DNA from: Octopus sinensis
Taxonomy: Eukaryota
Assembly: GCF_006345805.1 (NCBI RefSeq)
Contig: NC_043003.1
Coordinates: forward strand, 79,422,001-79,486,000
Reading direction: 5' to 3'
Length of the DNA: 64,000 nucleotides
The notes under the pieces are model-generated. The model ran no database searches. It had not been told where the DNA came from and worked only from the letters and a program-made list of their open reading frames with translations. The stretch's first letter is position 1. Each line of letters starts with the position of its first letter. Both the position numbers and the translations under genes were made by a program. Of the stretch, positions 27,060 through 39,024 are shown in pieces.

Positions 27060-27307
27060 CCGCTGACACGTTAAAATGCTCGAACCGATCGTGACGATGC
27101 CGGACCCTCCGGCCCCTGTGCAGGTGGCACGTAAAAAGCACCCAATCCACTCACGGAGTGGTTGGCGTTAGGAAGGGCATCCAGCCGTAGAAACTCTGCC
27201 AGATTCAGACTGGAGCCTGGTGCGGCCCCTGGCTTCCCAGACCCGGTCAAACCGTCCAACCCGTGCTAGCGCGGAAAGCGGACGTTAAACGATGATGATG
27301 ATGATGA

Positions 27308-27311
<4 letters not shown>
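27060..27311 (+). mobile_element. Family E element 3' end with (GAT)n tail
   Basis: Reverse complement of the 371-560 sequence. Confidence 0.75.
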
Positions 27312-27340
<29 letters not shown>

Positions 27341-28276
27341 CTTTTATCTTTTACTTGTTTCAGTCATTAGACTGCAGCCATGCTGGGGCACCACCTCAAC
27401 CATGTATATCTTCTACTATAGCCTGGGGCTAATCTGTGTTTGTACCCCCAGCATCGCTTGACAACCGATGTTGGTGTGTTTATGTCCACGTAAAGTAGCG
27501 GTTCGGCAAGAGACCGATGGAATAGGAACTAGGCTTATAAAGAATAAGCACTGTATACAATAATTTCCTTATTATTATAACTGGGGTCGATTTATTCAAC
27601 TAAATGACAGAAACAAGTAAAAGAATAAAAGAATTTGAAATTTTGAATTTTGTTCACGGATCCCCAATACTACCTTTGTGGACCACCAGGGGTCCGTGGA
27701 ACACAGGTTGGATACCACTACTTTTAGAGGATTCCTCAAAAATATAATTTTTTCTAAATATTTTTCAGTGTTTGAAATATACATTTTTCTTCATGAGTAT
27801 ATTATAGACTACAGAGTAATTATTACATTTTTGACTTTGAAATGCAGAGTAATTAAGTCTTCAGTTTTTCTTTGATTAATTGAGATTATCTTTGCAATTA
27901 GAAGACAGAATTCCTTGAACTATTAAAAATTAAAAAAAATAGCAAAGGAAGGATAACTCCAGTAAAGTTGATTAAAAAAATATAGAAAAAGCGGTTCGTT
28001 ATTAAGTCTTACCAAAGATAAGACTGATTAAATTGATATATCAAAAACATTTCAGCCATGACCATCTCGTTTTTTCCTTTTGAGACATCATGTTGTATTT
28101 AAAACAACGTTATCCAATGCGGGCCAAATTATCAGTATTTTAAAATGGTAGAGTGAATATTTAAGGGAAGTATGACTGCTATCCGTAGCGTGACTGAGCG
28201 ACCACGTTAATATTTATCGAGGACAATACACCTGATATAAAGGGTGTTCAAATATGGCTTATTCAATAGAAATAGA

Positions 28277-29012
28277 GGATCATGTTCAATTTCTTCCAAC
28301 CACTTTAGATGTATTTGAAAATTTTCGAAATACGGTGTAGTTCTGAATGCAGATAACGAAAATCGCATTAATTTTGTTTTTTCTAGAAATTAATAACAAA
28401 AAAGTCACAACTATTTAAAGTTATATAATTTTAGCCAATCGAAGAGGTCCATTGTCATTGTACAGGAGGTAAGAACTGTCTGTTGTCATGGAAATAAGCA
28501 AAAACAACGTCAATAGACCTGCTAGAAATAGCAGCCAAATCTTCTTTAACCTATACTACAACGTCTAAAAAGCAGAAACAATGACACATTATATCAGTTA
28601 GTTGAGTGGAAGATTTTCTGTAGTTTCTTTCATGCAATAATTAATGCATTTCATTATGCTCCTAAATTCACAGCGACACTGAAGTATGTTTATTATATGT
28701 AATCATAAACATGACGCTGAGCACGTGTTAGTTATTAATGCATGCAGTGTTTATGATTTCATATTTAGAGTCGCAGATGCATTGGCGCTCCAATTATGAA
28801 TAAAAAATAACAAACAGTAACTTTGCCGCCAACTACGTCATATATGCACCTCTTCGACACGCTAAATTTACATAACTTCAAATGCTTGCAACTTCTTTAA
28901 TTATTGATTTCTAGAATGCGCTTGTGCAAAAAGTACTGTATTATTTTAAAAAGATAACCTGGTAAAATTTTTGAAAAACTTCAAGTGGTTGGAAAAAAAC
29001 TTAACAAGATCC
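28277..29012. mobile_element. Non-autonomous TIR DNA transposon (unclassified)
   Basis: ~50-bp imperfect TIRs GGATCATGTTCAATTTCTTCCAACCACTT / AAGTGGTTGGAAAAAAACTTAACAAGATCC. Confidence 0.6.
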
Positions 29013-29904
29013 AGAGTGGAAATTACTGATTAAACAATATTTGATAAATTGAATATTATAAATAAATAAAATTAAATAAAAAATATGTATCTTAGCATCG
29101 GTTCTGAAAACTGACAAATACCAGACCCGCCGCCGTCGCTTAGTGAAAAAGTTTTGGTTCTCCACCCTGTATTAATCAAAAGACAGAATAAAGCTCGCAT
29201 CGTTATCATTCTTTCTTCGTCTGGTGTTAGACAAATTAAAAAGTTTAAAACTATTTTGATTTTATTAAACAAAGCAATTTGTCAGCTCCATCTTTTAGGC
29301 CTCATAACACAAAGCGTGTTTGAAATTTAAAAATTTCGGTCGTGTATATTCAATGTACAAAAAGTTTGAGTAAACTACATTATTTTGAAGTAAGGATTAA
29401 AGATTCAGAGTAAAGATTCAGAGAAACAGAGTAAAGATTCAGCTCCCTCTTCTTTTCATGATAGAATAATTTATCCTACCTTGTGTTCTGACTGTATTTT
29501 CTATTTTCCGACGATAATTTCCATGGGGAATCTACTGTCATACTATGCACACCATGATAACTACAAAACAGTTTCGTGTTGCATGGCTTTGTAAGCAAAT
29601 AGGTCAAAAGGAACGTTTGTTCTTATCAGACTAAAAACTGCTAACATGACGAGGGCGATCACGAACAATACGTGATTATGCGAACAGTTAAACATCCGAG
29701 TCATACAGCCTTTGCGCCACTCAACCGAGACAGGCGCGACGATTCGCTAGTTGCAGACTTAGTAGAGTTTTGGTAAAGCTACCCCCTCCCAGTTACGTGG
29801 AGGTAAAGAATATGCACACCACCCGTTCTCGGCGTAACTCTAACCCTAATCCAAAACGCCAAAAACGAGAAGTGGTGCGTTTCCTTTACCTTCGTCTCAG
29901 TCGC

Positions 29905-30140
29905 ATACCTATTTCTTTACTACCCACAAGGGGCTAAACACTGAGGGGACAAACAAGGACAGACATAGGTATTAAGTCGATTACATCGACTCCAGTGCGT
30001 AACTGGTACTTAATTAATCGACCCCGAAAGGATGAAAGGAAAAGTCGACCTCGGCGGAATTTGAACTCAGAACGTAACGGCAGAGGAAATACGGCTACGC
30101 AATTCGTCCGACGTGCTAACGTTTCTGCCAGCTCGCCGCC
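29905..30140 (-). mobile_element. SINE family B
   Basis: Full copy from GGCGGCGAGCTGGCAG to AAAGAAATAGGTAT. Confidence 0.9.
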
Positions 30141-30421
30141 TCAATATAAAGGAAAAGGCAGAAAAGCAAAACCGTAAAATCCTCATAGTTTTGGAGTGAG
30201 AAGAATTAAAAAATTCAAAATCATAAAACGTACGTACGCACACGCATTAGAAGTGACTGGGCGGTAAGAAAGTTGCTTCACAACAACATGGTTCCGGGTT
30301 CAGTTCCACTTCATGGCATATAGGGCAAATATCTTCTACCATGGGTCCAGGCCAACTAAAGATTTGCAAGAGAATTTGGTAGATAAAAACTGAAAGAAGC
30401 CAGACTTACAGACATACATAC

Positions 30422-30455
<34 letters not shown>

Positions 30456-30672
30456 GTTTGTTTCCCCCTGTCCGCTTGACAACTGATACTAGTTTGTTTA
30501 CATCCTGTAACTAAACGGTTCGACAAACACGACCGATAGAAGAAGCATCAGGCTTAAAAAATATACATACTGAGGATTTGTTCGATGAAAAGTCCTTCAA
30601 GGTATTTTTCTAGCATGGCCGTAGTAGAACGACTCAAACAAGTAAAAAGGCAAAAAAAAAAAAAAATTTATA

Positions 30673-31072
30673 CTCTCTCTTTACTCTTTTACTTGTTTCA
30701 GTCATTTGACTGCGGCCATGCTGGAGCACCGCTTTAGTCGAGCAAATCGACCCGGGACTATTCTTTGTAAGCCAGTACTTATTCTATCGGTCTCTTTTGC
30801 CGAACCGCTAAGTGACGGGACGTAAAGACACAGCATCGGTTGTCAAGCAATGCTAGAGGGACAAACACAGACACACAAACATATACATACACATTCTATA
30901 TATTACATATATACGACAGGCTTCTTTCAGTTTCCGTCTACCAAATCCACTCACAAGGCTTTGGTCGGCCCGAGGCTATAGCAGAAGACATTTGCCCAAG
31001 ATGCCACGCAGTGGGACTGAACCCAGAACCATGAGGCTGGTTAGCAAGCTACTTACCACACAGCCACTCCTA
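30673..31072 (-). mobile_element. SINE family A
   Basis: Full length, CpG-retaining. Confidence 0.9.
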
Positions 31073-31810
31073 TGCATGTATGTACACATACATACATGTA
31101 TACATATACTCATACATACATATATGCATACACATACATATACATGCACACATACGTACACACATACATGCAAGCATATATGCATACATACATAACACAT
31201 ACACATACGTACATATACATGCATGCATACACACTACATATACACGCATAAATGCAATACACACATGCATACACAAATACATACGTACATACAAACATAC
31301 ATACATGCATACATACACATACATGCATATATACATACACACATACGTGCATAGTACACATATACATACGCGCATACAAATATATACATGCATGCATACA
31401 TACATGAATATATGCATACATATACATGCATACATACACATATACATACATGCCTGCAAACATACATAATACATACATACATACACACATACATACAGAC
31501 ATACATGCATATATACACACATACATGCATACATACACATACATACATGCATACAAACATATACATACATGTATACACACATACATGCATACATACATAC
31601 ACATACATAAATGCATACATACACACATACATGCATATATACACACATACATGCATACATACACATACATGCATACATACATACATACATGCATACATAC
31701 ACATATACATGCATACATACATATACATACATGCATAGATACATACATACATACACACATACATACAAACACACATACATACATATATACATACATACAT
31801 ACATACATAC
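31073..31810. repeat. Degenerate (CATA/TACA)n microsatellite, ~740 bp
   Basis: Continuous low-complexity CATA/CATG/CACA units; source of many spurious ORFs. Confidence 0.95.
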
Positions 31811-32269
31811 TCTTTGGTACCTATCATCATGGGTGTACAAATTCGCACAAAAACTTAGAAACATTTAGGTTTTCTGAAGAAAGAGCAGAAGAAACTGACA
31901 TGGGATTTCCATATACAGTCTATTTGAGGCACAGTGAAGATTTGTAAGACATTTCAAAAATTCTCCATCTCAGATTCTTATGGGAAAAGATACACACACT
32001 AGGTGGGTATGCATTGACAGTTGAACCAACACCCCAACTCAACTGCAACACTGGGAACTCTCTTAACTCAAAAAGTCTTGTCAAGCGACCAGCTTGAACT
32101 CTCTCCCACGAAGAGCTTAAACAAAACTAATAGAAAAATAAAACATGCATTTATGAAATCTTTAAAAAAAAACAAAAAAACAAAGGCAAGAATAGAAAAA
32201 ATCTACCCTTTTCGTTTCTCATGTTTTGGGACTTCGAAGGACAGCTATCCTACAACTCTGCCTTTGCAG

Positions 32270-33015
32270 GACCACCGAAATTTTTTGGGAGAGGGCTTGT
32301 CGATTAGATCGGCCCCAGTACGCTACTGGTACTTAATTTATCGACCCCAAAGGGTTGAAAGGCAAAGTTGACCTCGGCGGAATTTGAACTCAGAACATAA
32401 AGACAGAAGAAATACCTATTTCTTTACTACCCACAAGGGGCTAAACACAGAGAGGACAAACAAGGACAGACAAACGCGTTAAGTCGATTATATCGACCCC
32501 AGTGCGTAACTGGGACTTATTTAATCGACCCCCAAAGGATGAAAGGCAAAGTCGACCTCGGCGGAATTTGAACTCAGAACGTAGTGGCAGACGGAATACC
32601 TATTTCTTTACTATCCACAAGGGGCTAAACACAGAGAGGACAAACAAAGACAGACAGACGGATTAAGTCGATTACATCAACCTCAGTGCGTAACTGGTAC
32701 TTAATTTATCGAACCCCAAAGGATGAAAGGCAAAGTCGACCTCGGCGGAATTTGAACTCAGAACGTAGTGGCAGACGAAATACCTATTTCTTTACTACCC
32801 ACAAGGGGCTAAACACAGAGAGGACAAACAAGGACAGACAGACGGATTAAGTCGATTACATCGACCCCAGTGCGTAACTGGTACTTAATTTATCGACCCC
32901 GAAAGGATGAAAGGCAAAGTCGACCTCGGCGGAATTTGAACTCAGAGCGTAACGGCAGACGAAATACGGCTACGCATTTCGCCCGGCGTGCTAACGTTTC
33001 TGCCAGCTCGCCGCC
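32270..33015 (-). mobile_element. Head-to-tail concatemer of SINE family B (184-bp period)
   Basis: TATTTCTTTACTA recurs at 32417, 32601 and 32785; a single tRNA head at 33015-32960. Confidence 0.92.
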
Positions 33016-33442
33016 TTTCTACCATGAACCTTTCTATCTGCCAGTGTGCCACGAACCTTTCAGTCTGTCTGCTAAAGCTTTTCTTTCTGCGTCCTAGGCT
33101 TTTCTGTCTGTCTCTCTGCTGACCACGATATTTTATAACAACTGTGGAAGCTAGAAGGACAGACATACTGCAGCAGAGATTGTACCTAAATAGGTCAGCG
33201 CCTGTCCATTTGAACTTTGCCTGACATGGTTGAGGTCGTAGGTTAAAGGGAGATGATTTATAATTTTTTCAGGACGAAGAAAACCTTTCTTTTTTGCGCT
33301 TTGTTGATCGTGATGGTTTGGACGACCGAGAATCCTTAGAGAAGGAAGTGTTAATTTTATTTCAAGGGTCTATGAAAAGTTTTGATTTAAATGTATGTAT
33401 TTCAAGAAATAGCTAATTTTTCCCCCTGTAATGTTTTACATA

Positions 33443-33882
33443 GACGCACGAGTGGCTCTGTGGTAAGTAGCTTGCTTACCAACCACATGGCTCTGGGTTC
33501 AGTCTCACTGCGTGGCACCTTGGGCAAGTGTCTTCTACTATAGCCTCGGGCCCACTGCGTGACACCTTGGGCAAGTGTCTTCTACTATAGCCTCGGGCCG
33601 ACCAAAGCCTTGTGAAGTACATTTGGTAGACGGAAACTGAAAGAAGCCCGTCGTATATGTGTGTGTGTGTGTGTCTGTGTTTGTCTCCCAGCATCACTTG
33701 ACAACCGATGCTGGTGTGTTTACGTCCCTGTAACTTAGCGGTTCGGCAAAAGAGGCCGATAGAATAAGTACTAGGCTTACAAAGAATAAGTCCTGGGGTC
33801 GATTTGCTCGACTAAAAGCAGTACTCCAGCATGGCCACAGTCAAATGACTGAAACAAGTAAAAGAGTAAAAAGAGTAAAGAG
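33443..33882 (+). mobile_element. SINE family A with internal 47-bp duplication
   Basis: CACTGCGTGRCACCTTGGGCAAG...CTCGGGCC repeated at 33506 and 33553. Confidence 0.9.
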
Positions 33883-33927
33883 TATAGTACAACCAGCACA
33901 AGCTAATGCGTGAGAAGCAGAGTAAGA

Positions 33928-34331
33928 ATTTTCGGTTTGAACGGCAGTTTTTCTAGCGGTGTCATATGAAATTATCACCCATAATTATGACCCTAGTATC
34001 GATCTATTGCATTTCAATCTGTTTTAGGGTTAGGGCGGGGGAAGGGTTATTTTTTTTTCTTCAGAATGTAAATAACCCAATCTGTTTCTTAAACGAGGGA
34101 CATATTCATACGGCACAGAATGTTTTCACCTCAATAGACGTCATTGATTGGTTGGAATTGCAGAAATTGAAGAAAAGCAACAACAAATATCTTACAAACA
34201 ATAGAATTTTCTCAATAAAACCAAGAGAAAAAGATGTTTTATTAACACATTTTACCAGTATACGAAGTTTAAAAGTGTTTAGTCACGTGGAAATTATTTT
34301 AAAAATCTGCCGTTCAAATCGAAAAGATCCC
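33928..34331. mobile_element. MITE with ~20-bp TIRs
   Basis: TTTTCGGTTTGAACGGCAG / CTGCCGTTCAAATCGAAAA; second partial copy at 44463-44687. Confidence 0.8.
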
Positions 34332-34407
34332 TAGTTTTTAAACGTCGAATGGCTATGGGGGCCCATCAGAATAAAATAGTGAAAAAGGGATCCAAAGAAC
34401 AAAAACA

Positions 34408-34811
34408 CTTTTACTCTTTTACTTGTTTCAGTCATTTGACTGCGGCCATGCTGGAGCACCACCTTTAGTCGAGCAAATCGACCCCAGGACTTATTCTTTG
34501 TAAGCCCAGTACTTATTCTATCGGTTCTCTTTTGCCGAACCGTTAAGTAACGGCGACGTAAACAAACCAGCATTGGTTGTCAAGCAATGCTAGGGGGACA
34601 AACACAGACACAAACACACACATACATATATATATATATACATATATACGACAGGCCTCCTCCAGCTTCCGTCCACCAAATCCACTCACAAGACTTTGGT
34701 CGGCCCGAGGCTATAGTAGAAGACACTTGCCCAAGATGCCACGCAGTGGGACTGAACCCGGAACCATGTGGTTGGTAAGCAAGCTACTTACCACACAGCC
34801 ACTCCTGCGCC
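34408..34811 (-). mobile_element. SINE family A
   Basis: Full length. Confidence 0.9.
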
Positions 34812-35073
34812 TACGTTGCTTCGTTTTTTTTTTTAACCTTTTTCCATCGTTACAATTAGTCACTAGATAGGCCACGAAGAACCTGCTACGTGGTCACTCG
34901 ATTGGCTAGAGATAACAGGCAAGCTTTTTCGAGAAACGAGCCAAGACATGACTCATCATCAGGCGGACTGCACTGCTACTACTAAGAAATAAGTCGAAGT
35001 AAGTCACACGGGCTGCATGCGAGATTCTGTTTGCACATATTACGTTAGTGGCCTGAAAGGAGGAAGGACACAT

Positions 35074-35475
35074 TACTCTTTTACTTGTTTCAGTCATTTG
35101 TCTGTGGCCATGCTGGAGCACCGCCTTTAATCGAGCAACTCGACCCCGGGACTTATTCTTTGTAAGCCCAGTACTTATTCTATCGGTCTCTTTTGCCGAA
35201 CCGCTAGGTAACGGGGACATAAACACACCAGCATCGGTTGTCAAGCAGTGCTAGGGGGACAAACACAAACATACATGCACACACATATATACATATATAT
35301 ATACATATATACGACAGGCTTCTTTCAGTTTCTGTCTACCAAATCCACTCACAAGGCTTAGGTCGGCCCGAGGCTATAGCAGAAGACACTTGCCCAAGGT
35401 GCCACGCAGTGGGACTGAACCCGGAACCATGTGGTTGGTAAACAAGTTACTTACCACACAGCCACTCCTGCGCCT
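35074..35475 (-). mobile_element. SINE family A
   Basis: Full length. Confidence 0.9.
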
Positions 35476-35689
35476 ATTGAGTAATATTATTCCAGATATT
35501 ACGTCGGGAACTCCCCCCTCCACCTCTGTCCCCCCTCTTCATATAGTATTCTATTGAAGAGTTTGAACGCTGCATTGAAAGCTAATAAATCATTTTGTCA
35601 ATTAAATATCGCCGACGTCTGTTTGATCTTGCGTCAGGGTTCGATAGAGAAGAAACCAAGTGCCGGATAGAGAAACATAGTGACAACGG

Positions 35690-36195
35690 TGACGACGACG
35701 ACGACGACGACGAAATAACAGCAGCAGCAACGACAGGAGGAGGAGAAGGAGGAGGGGAGGAGGAGAAGAAGAAGAAGAAGAAGAAGAAGAAGAAGAAGAA
35801 TGAGGAGAAGGAGAAGAAGAATGAGAAGAAAGAACATGAGGAGTCAGAGAAGAAAGAAGAAAGAGACGAAGAAGAATGAGAAGAGAAAAGAAGAAGAATG
35901 AGGAGAAGAAGAAGAAGAAGAAGAAGAAGAAGAAGGAGAAGAATGAGAAGAAGAAGAATGAGGAGAAGGAGAAGAAAAGAAGAAAAGAGGACGAAGAAGA
36001 ATGAGAAGAAGAAGAAGAAGAAGAATGAGGAGGAGAAGAAGAAGAAGAAAAGAAGACGAAGAAGAGGGAGAAGAAAAGAAGAAAAGAAGACGAAGAAGAA
36101 GAAGAAGAAGAAGAAGAAGAAGAAGAAGAAGAAGAAGAAGAAGAAAAGAAGAAGTAGAAGAAGAAAGAGGAGTAGGAGGAGAGAGAGTGAGAGAT
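35690..36195. repeat. Compound (GAC)n/(GGA)n/(GAA)n polypurine microsatellite
   Basis: ~500 bp, almost all purine on the plus strand. Confidence 0.95.
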
Positions 36196-37385
36196 AAGAA
36201 GATAAATTCACAGCCTTGCGTTTTTCATAAGAAATCAATTTTACACCATCGATATTATTAAAGAGGCCAGTGCAGGCTTTTGAGGATCTACAAAGCTGAG
36301 TTTAGTAAGTAAACAAACTTTTCAAAAGCCTGCAGTAATACCGTGGGAAAATGAGAGTAATCTTCCGCTTACGATCCAGAAACTGAAACCACTGAACTCA
36401 GCTTGCGATCGTCGTTTACCGGAAGCTCAGCAAACCGCACATACAAACACGTTTTATATTTTATCTGTTACTTATTTTAGCCATTAAAACTGCGGTCATG
36501 CTTGGGTACCGCCTCGAAAAAATTTTAGTTGAATGGTTTTTAAGCTTGGTATTTATTCTATCGAAATCTTTTGCCGAACTGGTACGGAACGCAGACATAA
36601 ACACACAAACCAGCAGTTGTCAAGCGATGGTGAGGGTACACACACACACATTCTTTTATTCGTCTACACGTTTATTTAATTTGCTTTGTTGGAAGGACTG
36701 TTTTAACGAGGTCGCGTCTTGTACCTACGTTCGAAACGCGGAGTAGATAAAACAGGAGACAACTGATGAAGGGATTGTTCTTTATGTTGCCTGTCTCGTT
36801 TCTCTATTTCTTTCTTTCGTAGTTCGAAAAAAAGTTCGTTTTCCATGCTTTTGTTTTTTATGTTCTCGTTTCTCATTTTATTCACGTTATTTTACGTCCT
36901 GTACCCATGTATGCATGTGTGTGTGTGTATTGCTAGGATCAGATGGGGGGCATACAGAACAAACCGTTGTATTATATATATATGTATATATATATGTATT
37001 ATATATATATATATATCTATATATTATATATATATATATATATTATATATATATATATATATAGTAGAAGGTGGGACTGAACCCGGAACCATGTGGTTGG
37101 TAAGTAAGCTACTTACCACACACCCACTTATTAGCTTTTGAAATATGCTTAGTGGACAAACCAACATTCCCCTCTAAATGGGTTGCTAGTTTGTTACAAG
37201 TAAAAGTTAAACGATCGTTCGAATTCCGAATATTAGAATGAAAATACCGCCTGAAATTCAATCTCGTCTCTAGATACAAGTTGGTCTTTTGAGATACGTG
37301 TAAGTCGACATTATCTGATACTTAATGGTGTAGAGTTAAAATGTTACTGGCTGTCTACCGTCTTTCTAAAACATTTCATTATGCT

Positions 37386-37443
<58 letters not shown>

Positions 37444-37447
37444 CATA

Positions 37448-37560
37448 TTGGCCTGCTCACTTAGCCAGTGGGGTGGCGTCATTTGAAGGCTAAAACAATG
37501 CGAAGTGCATTGTGACCAGCGATGTGTAGTAACATCTGATAGTCTGGTCGGTCACGGTGA
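37448..37560 (+). mobile_element. SINE family C 3' fragment (tail type 1)
   Basis: Matches 21795-21908; ends CTGGTCGGTCACGGTGAT. Confidence 0.85.
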
Positions 37561-37613
<53 letters not shown>

Positions 37614-37615
<2 letters not shown>

Positions 37616-37820
37616 CACCTTGATCACCTTGACCGACCAGTCCGTCATGCGTCCATTTGACACCGTTGGTCACAGCACGCTGTCCACTCCTCTCTGGATC
37701 GCGCCTTTCTCATCCACATGATCCCAATCATCCTCCTGAAATCGTAACTCCACCGTCGTGGAGGCCTTCCGGGTGGTCGTTTCCGCTCGCGCGGGTACCA
37801 CTCGACAACTGCGCGAGTAT
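37614..37820 (-). mobile_element. RTE LINE extreme 3' end
   Basis: EWYPRERKRPPGRPPRRWSYDF..WMRKARSREEW then tail CTGGTCGGTCAAGGTGATCAAGGTGAT. Confidence 0.87.
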
Positions 37821-38388
37821 ACGATGGCAAGATGGATGCATTGTGAGATTAGGGAGAGCAGAAGGTGCTAGATCGGTCGGAGGTATCGGATTCATCGTAA
37901 GTAAGGAATGGGCTTCGAGAGTCGCTTCTTGCCAGTTCATATCATCACGGATTGGTGTACTGAATGTGAACCTCTCAGGGAAGGCCACCCTCAAGATTGT
38001 CCAGACCTAAGCTCCCACAAGTGCCAGCGACGACGACGAGGTGGAAGAATTCTATCGACAACTAGACAAAGAGCTGGCTGTGAAGTCCGATTACACTGTC
38101 GTGATGGGAGACTTCAACGCAAAGGTTGGGCGTGGACGACAAGGAGAGGAGTACGTCGGGAGATTCGGCATGGGAGAGAGAAACGAGAGAGGAGAACGTT
38201 TGGCTACCATGTCAGAGGCGAGGCGGCTCTACATCGGAAACATTCGGGAAGAGGGAGAGGAAGAGATGGACCTGGATATTGCCGAACTCTAAGCACCGAA
38301 GCGAGATCGACTACATCCTGGTTGATAAGCGACGCATATTACATGACGTCTCCGCCGTGACGACGCCATTCAATACCGGCAGCGATCA
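37818..38388 (+). mobile_element. RTE LINE AP-endonuclease fragment
   Basis: GGIGFIV..SRIGVL..IVQT*APTS..VEEFY..VMGDFNAKVG..NERGERL..WTW..EIDYIL..SDH; one stop and one frameshift. Confidence 0.92.
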
Positions 38389-38446
38389 TACACCACACAC
38401 ACACACACACACACACAGACACACAGACACACACACACACACACAC

Positions 38447-38490
<44 letters not shown>

Positions 38491-39024
38491 ATATATATAC
38501 GTACATATATATACTTACATACAACCCACACACAGTATTCTGAAATGTATATGCTTGTGTCTGTGTTTGTCACCCAACATCGCTTACAACCGATGCTGGT
38601 GTGTTTATGTCCCTATAATTTAGTGGTTCGGCAAAAGAGACCGATAGAATAAGTACTAGACTTACAAAGAATAAGTCCTGGGGTCGATTTGCTCGACTAA
38701 AAGCGGTGCTCCAGATTGGCCACTGTGAAATGACTGAAACAAGTAAAAGAGTGATATGATATGTGGATGCGCATTGTGACAAGCGGTGTATAACACAGTA
38801 ACGATCAAGGTAATCACGGCTACGATCATCCCGTCTATTAAGGGTATGCAGCACTAAATTATCTCAGACATCGTTTCTTTACTTAAGACGGTAGGATGTA
38901 ATCTGAGTGCAGTTTGATTGCTATTTATTGGCGAGTTGAGGGCGGCCGTGCAGACGGTGAGCAGAGATGGGAGAGCTGTGCTACAAAAAATAGAGCTAAA
39001 GGACTGAAATTATTTTATAGCATA

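Noticed and set aside
31070-31947. Long overlapping ORFs (up to 264 aa) rich in M/Y/V/C or H/T/Y/I
   Set aside because: Translations of the (CATA)n microsatellite; no coding signal.
32417-32970. Regularly spaced repeats as a CRISPR array or classical retrozyme
   Set aside because: Units are full tandem copies without unique spacers, no cas genes, and no CUGANGA core on either strand.
35582-36261. Poly-K/R/E and poly-F/L ORFs
   Set aside because: Translations of the GAA/GGA repeat.
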